Source of the DNA: Patellaria atrata CBS 101060
Lineage: Eukaryota
Assembly (NCBI GenBank): GCA_010093705.1
Contig: MU006096.1
Coordinates: 518,004 to 582,003 of the forward strand
DNA: 64,000 bases
Reading direction: 5' to 3'
Shown: positions 47,132-61,317 of the stretch, piece after piece
Layout: each line of letters opens with the position of its first letter
Numbering within the stretch: position 1 is the stretch's first letter
Translations under genes and position numbers: made by a program
Notes under the pieces: generated by a model
What the model was told of the DNA's origin: nothing
The model's input: the letters and a program-made list of their open reading frames with translations, nothing else
Database searches by the model: none

Positions 47132-47953
47132 TCACGACACCTTCCGTCCATTGACTCCATTCCTCTGTCCCTTCATCTCCATCTCCAACTGCAAAGCCGC
47201 AGGATCCTCAACCTCCGTCTCCATCACTCTCGCCACACTGGGATCCTCCTCCTCCACATCATCAACATCCATCTCCTCAACCGTCGTATCCCCATCATCA
47301 TCCTCCCGCTTCGCAGGATGCGCATGAGGATGTCCATTCACCGCCGTAAGCAGCTGGTCCTGCAACCTCGGCCCCGAAGACGACTGCGGCCGCGTCGCAA
47401 GCGTGCTCTGCCCGTTCGTCGCCGAAGCAACAGCTTTAGAAATCGCTTCCTTCGCCTTCTTGTACGTCGTGGTGCGGGGTACGACGTCGGACAGGAACTC
47501 GAGGTTGTCGATGCGCGCGACGGCGTTGGCGACATCTTTGTATTGGATGTTGCGCCGGGGCTTCCGCTCCGCTTTTACCACGTTGTGGGTTTGCTCTACC
47601 AGGTACTGGACGAACATCTCGGTCGCAACGGTTATGACGAAGGCGGCGTTGTTGGAGCAGGAGGCTATGTCGTCGTCGGCGTGAATGATCTTTTTGACGC
47701 GCGCGACTAGGGGGAGGTTAGCTGGGGATTGGGAGGGGTTGTGGGAATGTGAGATTATCTCCTAGTAAACTCGGGGAGTGAAATACGACTAGGAATAAGT
47801 ATTTACATAGAAGAGACAGCAGAAGCGATTTTGAGCTTTCTAACGATTGCGTGTGTAGATCTTGGAGTTGGTGGGGGGATTCAACTTACGGGGTAAGGAT
47901 ACTGATCCAGTAAACTCCGATGGAGGAGCAATAGGAGTATTGTTGTAAGGCAT
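47132..47953 (-). CDS. Histone-fold (CBFD/NF-YB/HMF) protein, Dpb3/Dls1-like, 1 intron
   Basis: Spliced MPYNNTPIAPPSEFTGSVSLP|LARVKKIIHADDDI...ATEMFVQYL...RRNIQYKDVANAVARIDNLEFLSDVVP plus an acidic tail. Confidence 0.88.
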
Positions 47954-48123
47954 GATGATTATAGTGTGAATGTTTTAATTCTTTCCTTGGAGTATACCCT
48001 TCTTGTATGCCTGGCTCTTGCTAGTACTATAGATTTGTTGCGGGGACAGTAGAGGGTAAGGATCATGCAAAAGCGGGCAATGGGAAGAAGACAAAGGTTC
48101 GTAATGCGCTCTTCGTGGGATTT

Positions 48124-48170
48124 ACGCGTAATTATCGTTATGTGGAGATTGTATAGACGAAATGACGCGT
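48124..48170. promoter_or_regulatory. Two MCB boxes (ACGCGT) in the divergent promoter
   Basis: ACGCGT at 48124-48129 and 48165-48170, 170-220 bp upstream of the Dpb3-like gene. Confidence 0.45.
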
Positions 48171-48379
48171 GTGAATTGGAAAGAGGAGCAAAAATCATGG
48201 TGGATGTTCCTCAATTTCGTTGCCCGCAATGTCACCTCCGAGTGGGTCCGTGCTTCCAACTTCAAGTTCAAGCCTTCATGAGAGGCGGGAGGTATCAAAA
48301 TATGTTCCCCTTCACAGTTTTACTCCATACGCCCCCTAATGAGGTATAATAATACATCCTACAAAGGCTACACGATGCG

Positions 48380-51319
48380 ATGAACCGTCGATCGAGCTCC
48401 ATAACGACTCGTAGACCTCTTAATCGCGCCGCATCGCAGCATTCCGTCAGCGGCCGTCTTTCTATCGCGGAACAAGGACGAGATGCTGCCGAGACGAGAG
48501 CTAACCAAGAGATCAACGAGGAGATAGACGAGATTAAGAGATATGAGGTGTGTGCTTATATACGAGCTTCTCCTATACCCTATGCTGATCTCAAGTTAGG
48601 ACTTTACGACCATAGGTATGCCGCTATACTCACTCAATATTCGTGTCCTTTCCGCTTAGAGGTATAGATTGGGTACAGGATGCAGCAAGCGAACAACTGC
48701 GGAGAAAGAACCGAAGGCTAAAAAGAGCACGGTCTTACGATAGCCCCTGGGGCTTGAGACGAAAGTTTGAAGAGGCATACGATGCTGGACAAGGCTGGAT
48801 AGTATTCACTGTTGTCGGTACGTTGAAAGTTTAACAAACTTACAGAGATGTAGCTAAAATAGCAAAGGCGCAGTAATTGGTCTTATTGCCGCGGGCCTCA
48901 ATATCATCACAGAGTGGTTGTCCGATATCAAGCTTGGTTATTGTACAACAGCATTCTATCTTAATGAGAACTTCTGTTGCTGGGGAGCTGAAAGCGGTAA
49001 GTAAACTCGACCCAGTAAAGTTTAAGTCTAACAAGAAAGGCTGTCCGGAGTGGCGTCGCTGGAGCTCTTGGGGACTTGTGAACTATATACTTTATATTCT
49101 ATTCTCTGTGCGTATTCCGAACTTCTGTCCACCATCATCCACGCATACGGTCAACTAATAGCTATAGATTTTATTTGCATTTACATCTGCCTTTCTAGTT
49201 AAGTCATATGCACCCTACGCAGCTGGTTCTGGGATTTCGGAAATCAAATGTATCATCGGAGGTTTCGTAATGAAGGGCTTTCTCAGTGGAAGAACTTTGT
49301 TGCTTAAGGCCATCGGACTCCCACTCGCTATCGCTTCCGGTTTGTCCGTGGGAAAGGAGGGACCCAGTGTGCACTATGCTGTCTGCGCCGGTAATATCAT
49401 CTCTAGATTTTGGGACAAGTATAGAACAAGCGCATGTAAGAGACGTGAAATCTATAGTGCTTGCGCCGGGGCGGGAGTTGCGGTTGCTTTTGGTGCACCG
49501 ATAGGGGGGGTTCTTTTTTCGCTCGAGGTACTTCCCATATCCTAAGATTTCCATCTCCCACTAATCTAGAATTACAGGAAATGTCTAATCACTTTCCCCT
49601 GAAAACCATGTGGCGAAGCTATTTCTGCGCTCTTGTGGCTACTGCCATTTTATCAGTAAGCGTCTAACTCCACCAATGCATGAGTGGTACGCTAATCATG
49701 TCCACAGGCAATGAATCCTTTTCGTACTGGACAGCTTGTCATGTTCACTGTTAGGTATGACCGCGATTGGCATGCGTTCGAGGTTCCATTTTACATCTTC
49801 ATTGGGATATTTGGCGGACTTTACGGAGCTTTTGTAACCAAGTGGAACCTTCAAGCCCAAGCATTTCGGAAAAAGTATCTTAAGGACTACGCTATCCTTG
49901 AAGCCACCTTGCTAGCTGCCTTCACGGCTATCATCTGTTATCCGAACCTATTCCTCCGAATAGACATGACAGAGAGCATGGAGATACTGTTTCAGGAATG
50001 TGAAGGTGGTCATGATTATGATATGATTTGCGAGTGAGTGACCTTGATCAAACACCGGGTGGAAACATTCAACTGACTAGGTCAGGCGCAAAAACAGATG
50101 GGCTATGGTGACTTCTCTGGCAATTGCAACAATCATTCGGATCTTTTTGGTTATTATCACTTACGGGTGTAAAGTACCAGCTGGTATTTTCGTCCCATCA
50201 ATGGCCATTGGCGCATCCTTTGGCAGAATGGTAGGAATATTGGTCCAAGCACTGCACGAAGCAGCGCCCAATTCGAATTTCTTCGCGGGTTGCGAACCAG
50301 ATGTGCCTTGCATCACACCTGGGACTTACGCTTTCCTCGGTGCAGCAGCCTCACTAAGTGGCATTATGCACATCACAGTTTCTGTCGTCGTTATCATGTT
50401 TGAGCTTACTGGTGCACTGACATATATACTACCTACTATGATCGTAGTAGGCATTACCAAAGCCGTGAGCGAGCGGTTCGGCAAAGGTGGCATCGCCGAC
50501 CGCACCATATGGTTCAATGGCTTCCCATTCCTAGATACTAAGGAGGAGCATACATTCGGCGTCCCAGTATCTCAAGTAATGGAGAGCCACGTTACAGTGC
50601 TACCAGCCTCCGGCTTGGAGTTGAAGGAAGTTGAGAAATTGATGACAGATAATAAATATCAGGGTTATCCCATTGTGGAAGATCGCACTTCAAAGACCCT
50701 CATCGGTTACATCGGTCGCACCGAGCTTCGCTACGCCGTCGATCGAGCGAAAAGAGAGCAGCATGTTTCTCCATCCGCCAAGTGCTTCTTCACTCCATCT
50801 ACTATCAGACCCGCAGTCACTCCCAGCACAAACGCACCAGCTATCACATTCGACACGATTGCCGCGACGAGCGGACAAGCCACGGTAGATTTCAGCAGAT
50901 TCATCGACCCGACCCCCTTAGCTGTCCACCCGCGCCTCCCTCTCGAGACCGTAATGGAGCTCTTCAAGAAGATGGGTCCGCGCGTCATCCTGATCGAATA
51001 TCGCGGCCGGTTGACCGGTTTGGTCACCGTCAAGGATTGCCTCAAGTACCAGTTCACAGTGGAGGCGCACGAGAACCCCAGAGAGGAGGATTATCATGAG
51101 CAGCAGGAGAAGCTGTGGCGGGCATTTAGTAGAGTGGGGAGCTGGATTTCACAGAGGGTTATGGGTGCCAGTAGGGGCAAACTGAGGATAGGAGATGGGA
51201 GGACGGGGGATCTGAGTTTGGGTCCTTCGGAGGGGAGTAATAGTAGGGAAAGGAGCAGTGCAGATGATGATGCACTGGAGTTGGAAGATAGATTCACTGT
51301 AGGAGAGAACAACAGATAG
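48380..51319 (+). CDS. GEF1: CLC-family chloride channel/antiporter with CBS domains, multi-exon
   Basis: [61 protein letters not shown] and C-terminal CBS pair. Confidence 0.93.
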
Positions 51320-54248
51320 ATCAACTGGATGCTGTACCGTACTATACGGTATGATACGGTTCCTAACGGGTTAAATGCGCGTAAAAGGGGTTCAGGCCTC
51401 TCTACAACCTCGTTTATTCACTTCGATATTTTGTAATCGCTGACCTTCTACTGTATCCCTGGCTGATTCGCCGCTCAGTAAAACTCCCTACAATCGTATC
51501 AGAACATATAGGAAAGAGCAGGTGCGTTGAATTAAGCATCCTGGCTCCCTCGGCCATGGAACCACCCCCTGTAGAGGTACTACTGTACTATTCTCATACG
51601 TGAACGCATTTACTCTGGACAATTAGGGAGACCTCATTTCGCCTATGGTATCCCATAGAAAGTCCAAAGAGTAGGTCCACGGATATCACTTGAGCTGCAA
51701 CTCAGCATCTCCACGTCCTATAAAGCGCTCACGAGTCTTCCACTCGTCCCTCACATACACAGAACTCCTGTCCTCAAACCACACCCTCACCTGCCTTCTT
51801 GAGCTTCCCCTCACCAGTAGTAGAACCTATCTCGCCTACCCCCTCAAACCAGGGCCCCCCCCTTCCCCGTCTTCCTCAAGCTCCCCTCTCAACCCCCTTC
51901 ACCGAATCCCTGTTTCCAAAATCAAGTTACCAAGGCTAATCCATGTTCAGCATGCAATCGACGCAAACGAGGATCGAAACGGGAAGCAGAGCGTCTGGGC
52001 AAGGAAAGAGACAAGCGAGCTGGGCATAAGCTGTTGACCACTGTTCATCTGGCTGTTGATAAAGAGAGTTGAGGTGGGTCTGCAGGATGGTTTTGAAGTA
52101 AGGTGAGACTGGAAAGGGGGCGTGGGTGGTTGTGAGGTAGGCAATTTCGCTTCCAGTGATACCTCTTTTGAAGGGATTCTATCTCTTGTGCTATTTTTTG
52201 TGGTATATGGGTTCGGGATGCTGAACGAAGTATCTGACACCACGCCCCCAAGCGCTCCAAATCCCGCCGCGGCAACTTCTCAGATGTAGATTCGATCTGG
52301 TTTCTTTACGCTTCAGATGAAGTGTGTGTTCATTTGCCATGGGGAACTATTTCGTACAGTACCATCATATCTCCGGCGGTGATCCAATGACAGAGGATGT
52401 GGCGCAGATCCTGCACGGTGAAGTATGTTTGTCTCCTTTTCCATTACAAGTCATGCAAAATGCCGTGTGGTGCAGGAGTATCGAGTCATAGCAGTCGGGG
52501 TACGGATGGAGAGGAGAAGTCCATACCCTGTCATCCGGGAGCGGCGAGCGTTTAGGGAGCCCGGTGAATGAGACTTCTCTGGATACCCAGGAGCCCGGTC
52601 GAATAGCTTCCTGAAGGCGATGATGTGCTTCAGGGAGGCCACAACATCCACGTCCTAGGCCGAAAGTCAGGAGCTTCTGAGCTCCGGCCCCTTAATATTG
52701 CTCCCGCGCTTGTAGTTCTTGCTGGAACTGGACTCTGATGTTTTGGTAGGTACTAGCGCGACGTCTGAGACGCAAACACTGGCTGATTAATGGACTGCGA
52801 AGTATGGGTTGAGACGGGCTGCTATGGAGGCTTCTTTTGTAATGCAGACTGGAGAAAATTTTTGAAAGTACGATTTGTGAGAATTGCGAGAACTGCGCTA
52901 CGCTATTTCCTTACAGGTTTGAAACAATGAGAATGTACATATTCCAGTCTTGTTGCGTCATCCTAGAATTACTTACTCACTATACACTAACTCTCAAGGA
53001 GACCCCGACTATACTTTACAAAACAAGGGAGAACTGTACGGGTTCCCCCAAACGTACAAATGGGTTGAAGGTTTGGACGATAGAAATCTTGATACCTACC
53101 ATTTAGCAGCCACCCAGTTTATAATTTCCAAGCGTACAGATCTGGAGACCTGCCAAGCGTACTAGGGGAAGGAATGTCGTAAAAATATGCATATGTATAA
53201 TAGAGTATCAATACAGCGGAGACCTCGTAGTAGGATTCCTCGCGAACTGTATGCGCACTTTTAGGGATGATTCCGACTTCATTGTACTGTATAGTACATG
53301 CAAAAGGAGAATTGCACGGTGGCATCCGGCCGCGTAAATGGGTCGAATACACAGAGTCACAGACAAGAAGAATGTTAAGTCCTCCCATTGAAGAGCCATC
53401 CAGTCGACTTTTCCCACAGGACAGATCCCAAGAACCGCCAACTGTAACTTCGTCGATGATATCTTAATCATCAGTGCAAAGTACCTTATTTCCTCAAGGA
53501 GACGTCAAACCGAAAGGGTACAGCCAGGACGATGCAAAGGTTAGCTCCCTCCTGATAGTTGACATTGATATCGCGTCAAAAGTGCCTGCGGCCAGACCCA
53601 ACGGTCGCTAGTGCGGAGGGAGCGTGGAGTTAAGTCGTTGATCTAAATTCTAGTGTGGAGGTCGGACATGTGGGGGAGGATCGGTGTCGGGACTTATTGG
53701 GGTCGAGGATGGTGACAGGACCTTCAGATACCTTGATGTTCAGTCTGTACGGATTATCATACATTCTATCGATTGATGGTGGGATCTGAAGTTGGAGGGT
53801 TGTTGGTGTTGTATTGTACTGCACTGTACGGTAGAGGATTTTGCTAAAAATCAATGCGGAATATCTCTACAAGAACATAAGCCGAAAATGCCTCAGTGGG
53901 CTATCAGCATTTTCTGTCCTTGTCTACGTACCAATGTAGTATCACGTCCAAAATACGGATAAGTTTATCCGATATTCCATGAGAATTCACGATAACACTC
54001 AGGCTGGGTATGGGCTGTACTATGATCATTGTACTGCACAGTACAATGCTGAACTAGAAATTACCCCAAAATGCCATATTGGCCAGAGGTCTAACAATGC
54101 TAAAAGACAAAACCGCCACCCAAAGAATATGGATACCGTATGCAGTATGCCTTTTGAATGCTCCATACCTAAATGTTAACCAACACTCTGTACGCCATAC
54201 TGATGCTCAATACCAACTACGTCACCAGTACAAAAAAAGAACCTATAT

Positions 54249-57200
54249 TTACATGATGCCCTTAAGGCCACGGAAACCACCAGTCTTCCCGGAGGGCTTA
54301 TCCGTCCCTTTCCCTTTGTCTTTGTCCTTATCCTTCGGCTTCTTGCCGATGTTCTGTGCACCCCCTGTATCCAAATTAGCATATCGTATAGATATGGGAC
54401 ATGAATTATGCTACCTCGTCCGTATACCCTCACCTCAGATTTAGGGGTGATCTTGTCCTTTCTCTCCCTTTCTTTGCTACTGGTAGTCTCTACACTGAAT
54501 GAGCTCTTGTTACTACACTTTACGGTATCCTGGGGTAAGGGGCTAGTAGCGTTGTAGTTCAGACTCAAGTTGGCTTCGTACTCAGCCGCAAAATCGACAG
54601 GCGCGGGCATAGTAGACATAGTAGTGCTAGTAGGTGGTGCTTCGAGGCGGCGTTGCAATGACTCCTGCATCTGTCGGCCTTGTAAATGCTCGTACCGCAT
54701 AGGACGGCTACTTCCGCTACGGCTAGGTGCGCGCCCCATTGAAGAAGGGCTTTGGTACTCGCTGTGATAATCGGCATACTCGTCCTCCTCACTACGAGGT
54801 TCTTCCGAGAGGGCGCGATGACGGGTGACTCGGGATGCGTACGAGCCACCAAAGTTACTACCGGCTCGAATACTACTCTGTCGGCTAAAGCCAGAGGTTG
54901 ATGCTTCGCCGTCGTATTGTTGAATATCGCTATGGCTATTCTGTCGCGTAAGACGATCTCTTTGCTCTCTTTGTAGCGATAGGACTTTCATATCGAGTTC
55001 GGTGGTCTTGCTAAGTAATTCCTGATTGATCTTGTCTAGACGTCTGTACTTCGCCCTTTCTGCCGCAAGCGCAGAGTCAATTATGGATTGAACGGAGGAT
55101 GGGAGATGCCCACTAGGACTCATAGGAGATTGCGAAGTGGTTGGTGATTGTACCCGGGTTTCCAACTCAGTTATCTTACGTTCATACCCTCTACGTGCAC
55201 GTTCTCGTTCTGTGTTTGCGGCGTTTAGCCTAAGTTTCAAAGTGTCGACTTCAGTGCGGAGGAGTTCCATCTCCTCTTTGGCCTGATCAAACTCCAGCTC
55301 TCGAAGCTCGTACTCACGGAGCTTCCCGTGCAATGTCTCGAGCTCCTGTCTCAACGCGTCAAGCTCGTTTAGGTCTAGCTGAAGAGACCGTAGCTTTTGC
55401 TCAGATTGAAGTTCCCGGGATTCGCTGTCCGCCAAAAGTTTCTTCAAACGTTCGCACTCCTTTTGGAGTTTTTTGACTTCTTGAGAAAGAACATCCTCTT
55501 CCGAAAGCCATGTTTTATGTTCGTCCCTATACCCTCTGACTTTGGTGCTGAGTTCACCCTCCCACCTCTTTGATTGATTTCGATTTGTTGTCGTCTCTTT
55601 CCTGAGTTGCGCGTATAATTCATTCGCCTTGGCAAGTTTAGCTTTCAATGTGCGGTTAGTGTTGATCAAGTTCTGTGTCTCTGCTTCGACTGTCGCTTCC
55701 CTGATGTGCCTCCGTTGAAGTTGACCGATATGCGAGAGATGTTGTAGCTTTAAATAGCGTTCAAAATTCAAATCATTACGGAGGAGCATAACTTCACGCT
55801 GTAAAGCAGCAAGATTCTGCTGCAACCCCTTTTGTGTTGTCGCGCGGGTCTGCGAAAGCGTTTGAGCGAAAGCTTCGAGCGGGGGGGACCCAACACTTGC
55901 ACTTCCAGCCAGCACGTTGTCTTTACGAAGATTCGACGATGATATCTTGCTCAAGCTTGGGATTGGCATCCCTTCGTCACTAGCCCCCTTCTTGGGCGGC
56001 AATGTTGGGCTATCTGACGCCGGATCCTGAATTTTCGAAGATGGAGACGGAGCTCTGGAGGATTTAGACGCTGGGTGACTACGTATGGTTGACGGTTTTC
56101 GGGGAAGTGGTGGGGGTTCAGACAAATTTCCAGGAAACGAGGAGATCGTAGATACGACTACAGTTGACTGAGTATTGCGCCAGCTAGCGACGGACTTAAT
56201 ATCTGAGGGTGATGTTGCATCATTGCATATAGTGGATTCATCGTCTAATCCGAGAAGACTATCAGCGGGAATATCGTCCCTCACAATCTTAGGTTCTGGT
56301 ATATCTGGAAGTTTAGACGTCGGAGGGGGCCCAGGGTCATTCAAAGAAGCGGACACTGCAACACAGAGTCCCATGCATTCCGTGACCACATCAGCAGGAT
56401 CACTTCTGAGCCATCGACTTTCGCTCAATTCGTCTTCAATCGTCATCGCACAGAAGTTGGGATGTAGGAGGTGAACCTGGCGGAAGGGTTCTGTTCGTTT
56501 GCGGAGAATATCCTGGTCAAATTCAAGGTCTTGAGCCCCTGGAAATTCGAGAGTCTTTAGCAATTTCCTCGGTTTTCTGATAAAGCTCATGAAGTGCAGT
56601 GGAAATAGTCCATACAGAAAGGTGAAGTAGTGTAATAATTCGGGTGGTGTAGACTCCGAGTTATCAAAAGTATGGTACAGCTTCTCCCACTGTACATCTA
56701 CTTCGAGTTCGCAAAATTCCGCCCCAGAGGTAGAATACTGCGGTTCGTCTAATGGGCCCTTATTAGTCTCCTCAGTAATCCTTGTAGCAGCGAATTTCTC
56801 CCAGCAGAGGATCCTGTAATAAATGAGGAATAGTTTTGGTAAATGAGAGACAAGCGCACTTGTAATGTGCGGAAGAAACATGATCAGAATGGTCAAAGCG
56901 AGATAGACGACTGTTGCGGACGTGTCAATCATGAGACACTTCTCAAGATGTTGAATAAGTGGTGTTTGAAGGACCAGGTGAAGATGTGGTGGCTGGGCTC
57001 GTACAAAGCTACAAAGAAGACTCAATGCTTGCGCGCGGTGGTCCTTTCGTAGGAGGAGATCATCAACGGCAATGAGAAATTCCTATGATTGCAAATGTTA
57101 GCGCATGTCTACTGAAAGAACTAACTGTTATGTACCTTCGGTTTCTTGCGGCCGAATGCGAGTAGTACTGTCTCAAGTTCGTGAGCAACAAACTCATCCT

Positions 57201-57799
57201 CTGGTGAGATGCCGTCTCCATCTGCAGTAGGAATTCGAGCCCTCGAAAGATATGCATCTAGAAGCTTGTCCGTAAATCTTAAGGAGAGCTGAGCAAGGTC
57301 GCCATGATCGTCTTCATCTGAGTCGTAAACCAAAATACTCAAGAGGATGTCCCTTGCATCCTCTATGACGTCTCTCTTGTGGCCTATCGCATCCACCGTT
57401 GGTCTTATTATCAGCGCCCACCACTCTGACCATCTATCTTCTCCAGTGATTGCTGGTCGAAGCTTCTTAAGGATATGGACGAATAGACCGTGCTTTTCTG
57501 GGTTGCCCACCACATACTTGTAATAAATGGATAGGAGCTCCTCCTGCAACTTTGCTGAATCGTGATCTTCAATGTCTTCGTGTTTATCTAAAAAGAAGTC
57601 TATCGTCTGTTGGGTCTCCTCCGAGAGTGGAAGAGGTACGGTGGAGGTAGAGAAGACGCCATTGAGTACCCTCACGGCATCTTTGAGCGAGCTATCAATG
57701 CGGGGATTAGCAAACATATCGAATTGAGTTCTAAGTCAAAGAAAAGAAAAAGTAGAAAGCGAGAGTTTGACGAGTATACTAGACATACCCAGAAGACAT
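54249..57799 (-). CDS. TSC1: Hamartin (tuberous sclerosis 1 homolog), 3 introns
   Basis: Micro first exon MSSG; QPPHLHLVLQTPL..L.KCL.ID, YFTFLYGLFP, HLLHPNF, LLRNDLNFERYLKLQHLSHIGQL, long coiled coil, terminal RVYGR|GGAQNIGKK. Confidence 0.93.
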
Positions 57800-60328
57800 G
57801 CTCAGGTCTCTGGACTACCTAGTCGAGCCAGTAATATTGAAAATCCCTGTGTTGCTTCCAAACAAACGGATATGTATTCACCACAGAATCGTTATTCTGC
57901 TACTACTAGTTTTGCGAAGGTGGATAACTGGAGTGTTGCGCAGGTTCAAAACGCCTCGGTGGGGGTGCATGTGAAGATATGGCCTTCATGATCTTTTAGG
58001 AACCTCTGAATATCAAGTGATTTCCCGCGTCGTGCCGCAATAACTTAGTACCTGCCCGCCGTGCCCAGTACGATCGAAGACAAACACACAGCCGATCAGG
58101 AGAGGGAAACGGGTGTGTGGCTGATAGTTCTAGTGGGACAGAGGTGAGAAGTTCGAAGCGCGTTTGTGGAGAGCCAAAAAGTAATCTAACTGATGGCGAA
58201 GAGATGCTGATCAACCCTTGCCTGCTCTCAAGACGAATTTACTGGATAATCACTGACAGAGTGAACATGGTCCCTTAGTCGACATGCAATTGATCTGAGT
58301 GATCCTGCACCCGACGTCGTAGTCCCTGTCTGTTTCTTCCAGGTGTTTTCTCGGCGGAATCGTATGAGCATCTCTAGGATTGTTCAAGGGTAGCATCATA
58401 GCAGAGGCACTGAGAGCGTTTACAGGTAATATTTTGTACAGAAAGGGGTTGATATCTTGCCTATGCTGCTTATCGAACCCTCAGGGTTCTTGGGCTTTTC
58501 ATGGGGGTTCAGCCATCGGAACAGTATGGTGGGACTGGACGGAATACAGGTAAATTGCTTTTTAATAACAACCTTCAACCACCAACCACCATGCATGATA
58601 GAATTCACGCATGATGACAAAGCCATTTCTGTTCACTAAAGGGTAGCTACGCCCGAGATGAATTTCGCCATACATATCAGGGGCCAATATCTACTGTACT
58701 GTACGTTATCGTAGCGAATCTGAAGAAATACAGGTATCTTTCTCTTGACCTCCGACTGAACAATGCACTGGACACTTTCCATTCACAGTTACTTTTACTG
58801 TATTACGGGACTCTATTACCATGTCTGAAAGTACTTCTGTGTCCAAGGTACAGTAGTGTTTTTTGCTCTCCTTTTGGCCGCGTTTTACAGCCCAGGCAAC
58901 GAGACCTCCGTAATAATCGTTATGCTGCACGGCGTCTGACGCTCGCATCGAATTCAGGTACTGTACAGTAAAGCACAGGACCTGTGGGACCATTAACCCA
59001 GTGCAGCTTGCAGAAGTGGACCAGCGGGGGAACCATCATCAGTCTTCCTACATCAGTCTTCCTACATACATAACTCCCTCTTCCAGTACGGAGTAACTCA
59101 CAGGGCTCCTTCAAACGGTGGCGTCGTCGTCAACTTACTGTACTGTAGGTTCCCTATCACATCCCATCAGGCCGCGGGGTGCCAAGTCGTTTGAAGGAGT
59201 GGGAGGAAAAGGTTTTTTCAACGGTCGCCCGTGCAGGCGGGAGTGATGCTGATCATCTGGAGCTGTTGTTTCTCACGATGACGCCCGGAGGACGTCCTGG
59301 CAAACAGTCAGTGTACTGTAAATGTACGAAATATGGAGCTCCCCACAGATTGTTACACGGACACCGTGCACACGTCCGGATGAACTGCACGAAAGTTCAA
59401 ACGTAGCATTGCATCACATCCATGAGAACGCATTTCGTCTGCCGGTCTTCTCTCTTGTTGGGAATCACCGTCGGCTAAGGTCAGGAAACCTTGCGTTGGA
59501 TCCTCACAAAAATGCACCGTGAAGTCCAATTCAGACAACAATCCTCCACTTTCACTGCGCAGCACCTCCGTACGTTTGGCTCTCCTGGGTATGTTTCATA
59601 TGTTCTCATGGAATCGTAGGCCTGCGAATTGTGGATCCTATATTTTGTCTTACGGAGAGACGTCAAGCGATTTCCTTAACAGGCGGAGGACCTAAAAATT
59701 GGGATGATTTTAAAGCCATCTGATGAGACTTTCAGAGTCTCCGTAAGCATCTTGCGGCGCTAGGGAAACATCATAATTAGGGTCTCTGGGCATATTTAAC
59801 AGAGGTCACAGGTTGGGCTGGGCCGAGAGAAGGAGGCGGCCTTAACTAAACTATGGAGGATGTTGCTATATAAACGGCAGGACGCCTTTCACGTTCGCTA
59901 CCGTTTTTTGATGTAGAATTTTGGGGCGAATAATAAGTATAGCAGACGAGTGACGAAAAGTCGCATATGAGACGTTAAGATATGTAGCCTTTGTATACCA
60001 AGAGTCTCAAGTAATTGCGGATAGGGTATCTTCCTTAGAATGTCTTTCTAGTTCTTGAGATGCCAAAACCATTGATCGAGGTGACCATATCTTGTAGTAC
60101 TGTTCAGAGAATAGGATATTTGCAATGAAGCAAATTTGACCATCCCCAGGGATGGATGACTTATTTAATTGGAAATTAAGCTAGAATTAATAAGTTAGTG
60201 CAATTCACTGTTTCACAGCCTGGTGGTTGGTGCCTAAAAGGGCGGCGTTGTTGAGATATTACCTATTTTCTCATAATCAAGCAGTTTACAAGAGATTGCT
60301 AAAACATAGCTTTAAATAGACTGAATCA

Positions 60329-61317
60329 GTGTTATTGCGGAAGATTATACTCTTTGGGGATTCATTGACGGAATGGTCCTTTGAAGAACACAGTTTCGGG
60401 ATCTTCCTACAACAATACTATGCTGGAAAAGCTGATGCGGTGAATAAAGGTCAGAATCTCCTAGACACTTCAAGATTTCAGCTAATTCTAGTTCGTAGGT
60501 TATGCCGGGTGAGACAACCAATCTAGCTGGACAGTTGTCCATGGAGGTTCTAATGTTAGCTCGAAAGATTCAACACCACATGGTTGAAAAAAGATTTCGA
60601 GCAGATGCACAAAAGTATGACGAGCCACCACTTTTCATCACAATATTCTTAGGAGCAAATTATGCGTGCCTACCAGATCATGGAATGGCGTCCGTACCCC
60701 TAGAAGAGTTTGAAGAAAACTTGCGAGCTTATGTAGACGTTGTCCTCACAGCGAGCGGGTGGGAGGGAACAAAAGTCATCCTCATAACACCACCACCAAT
60801 CAATATTCGCGCTCCTCGCCAGAGTAACATTAGTATCGGCCCTGTAGGACAACGATCTTCTCATAGCAGAGAAAGAAGGTATAGCATGCCAGACCTACAT
60901 GAGCAATAAGAAATATGCAGAGAAGGTCATGGGAAATTGCACAATCTTATGGTGCCGGTGAGACTGCAAATTTGGTAGCGGGCCTGGACTTTTGGAAGGG
61001 CCTTTGCCAATGATGCCTTGGACAAGAAAGGCAGAGCAAAGATCCAAAATGGGGAATTTGACTATGACGAGGATCGCCTACCTGGTTGCGGTTTAAAAAC
61101 AGCATCGGAATTTCAACAGGGCATCTTCACAGATGGCCTGCACCTAGATCGCTTGGTGAGTGATCCAAGAGTCTTTGACAGTATAGTGTAAATCATCTAA
61201 ATTTAACTGCAGGGTTACGGGATTTTATTTCGCGAATTCATGAACTTGCTATTGGCGAAGTGGCCTGAGCTAGCTCGAGATCAGGTAGAAACAAGAGTTA
61301 CAGCGAGATCTAGATGA
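60329..61317 (+). pseudogene. IAH1-like SGNH/GDSL esterase with multiple frameshifts
   Basis: Blocks LFGDSLT, GYAGFNT, FLGANY (GAND expected), ILITPPP and FTDGLH...GY...KWPEL are present with 3 introns. Four frame changes are needed (about 60610, 60860, 60931, 60999) and no in-frame ATG was found. Confidence 0.8.

Noticed and set aside
59037..59067. 14-bp tandem duplication (similar small duplications near 6431-6471 and 23484-23546)
   Set aside because: Ordinary local slippage with no functional evidence.
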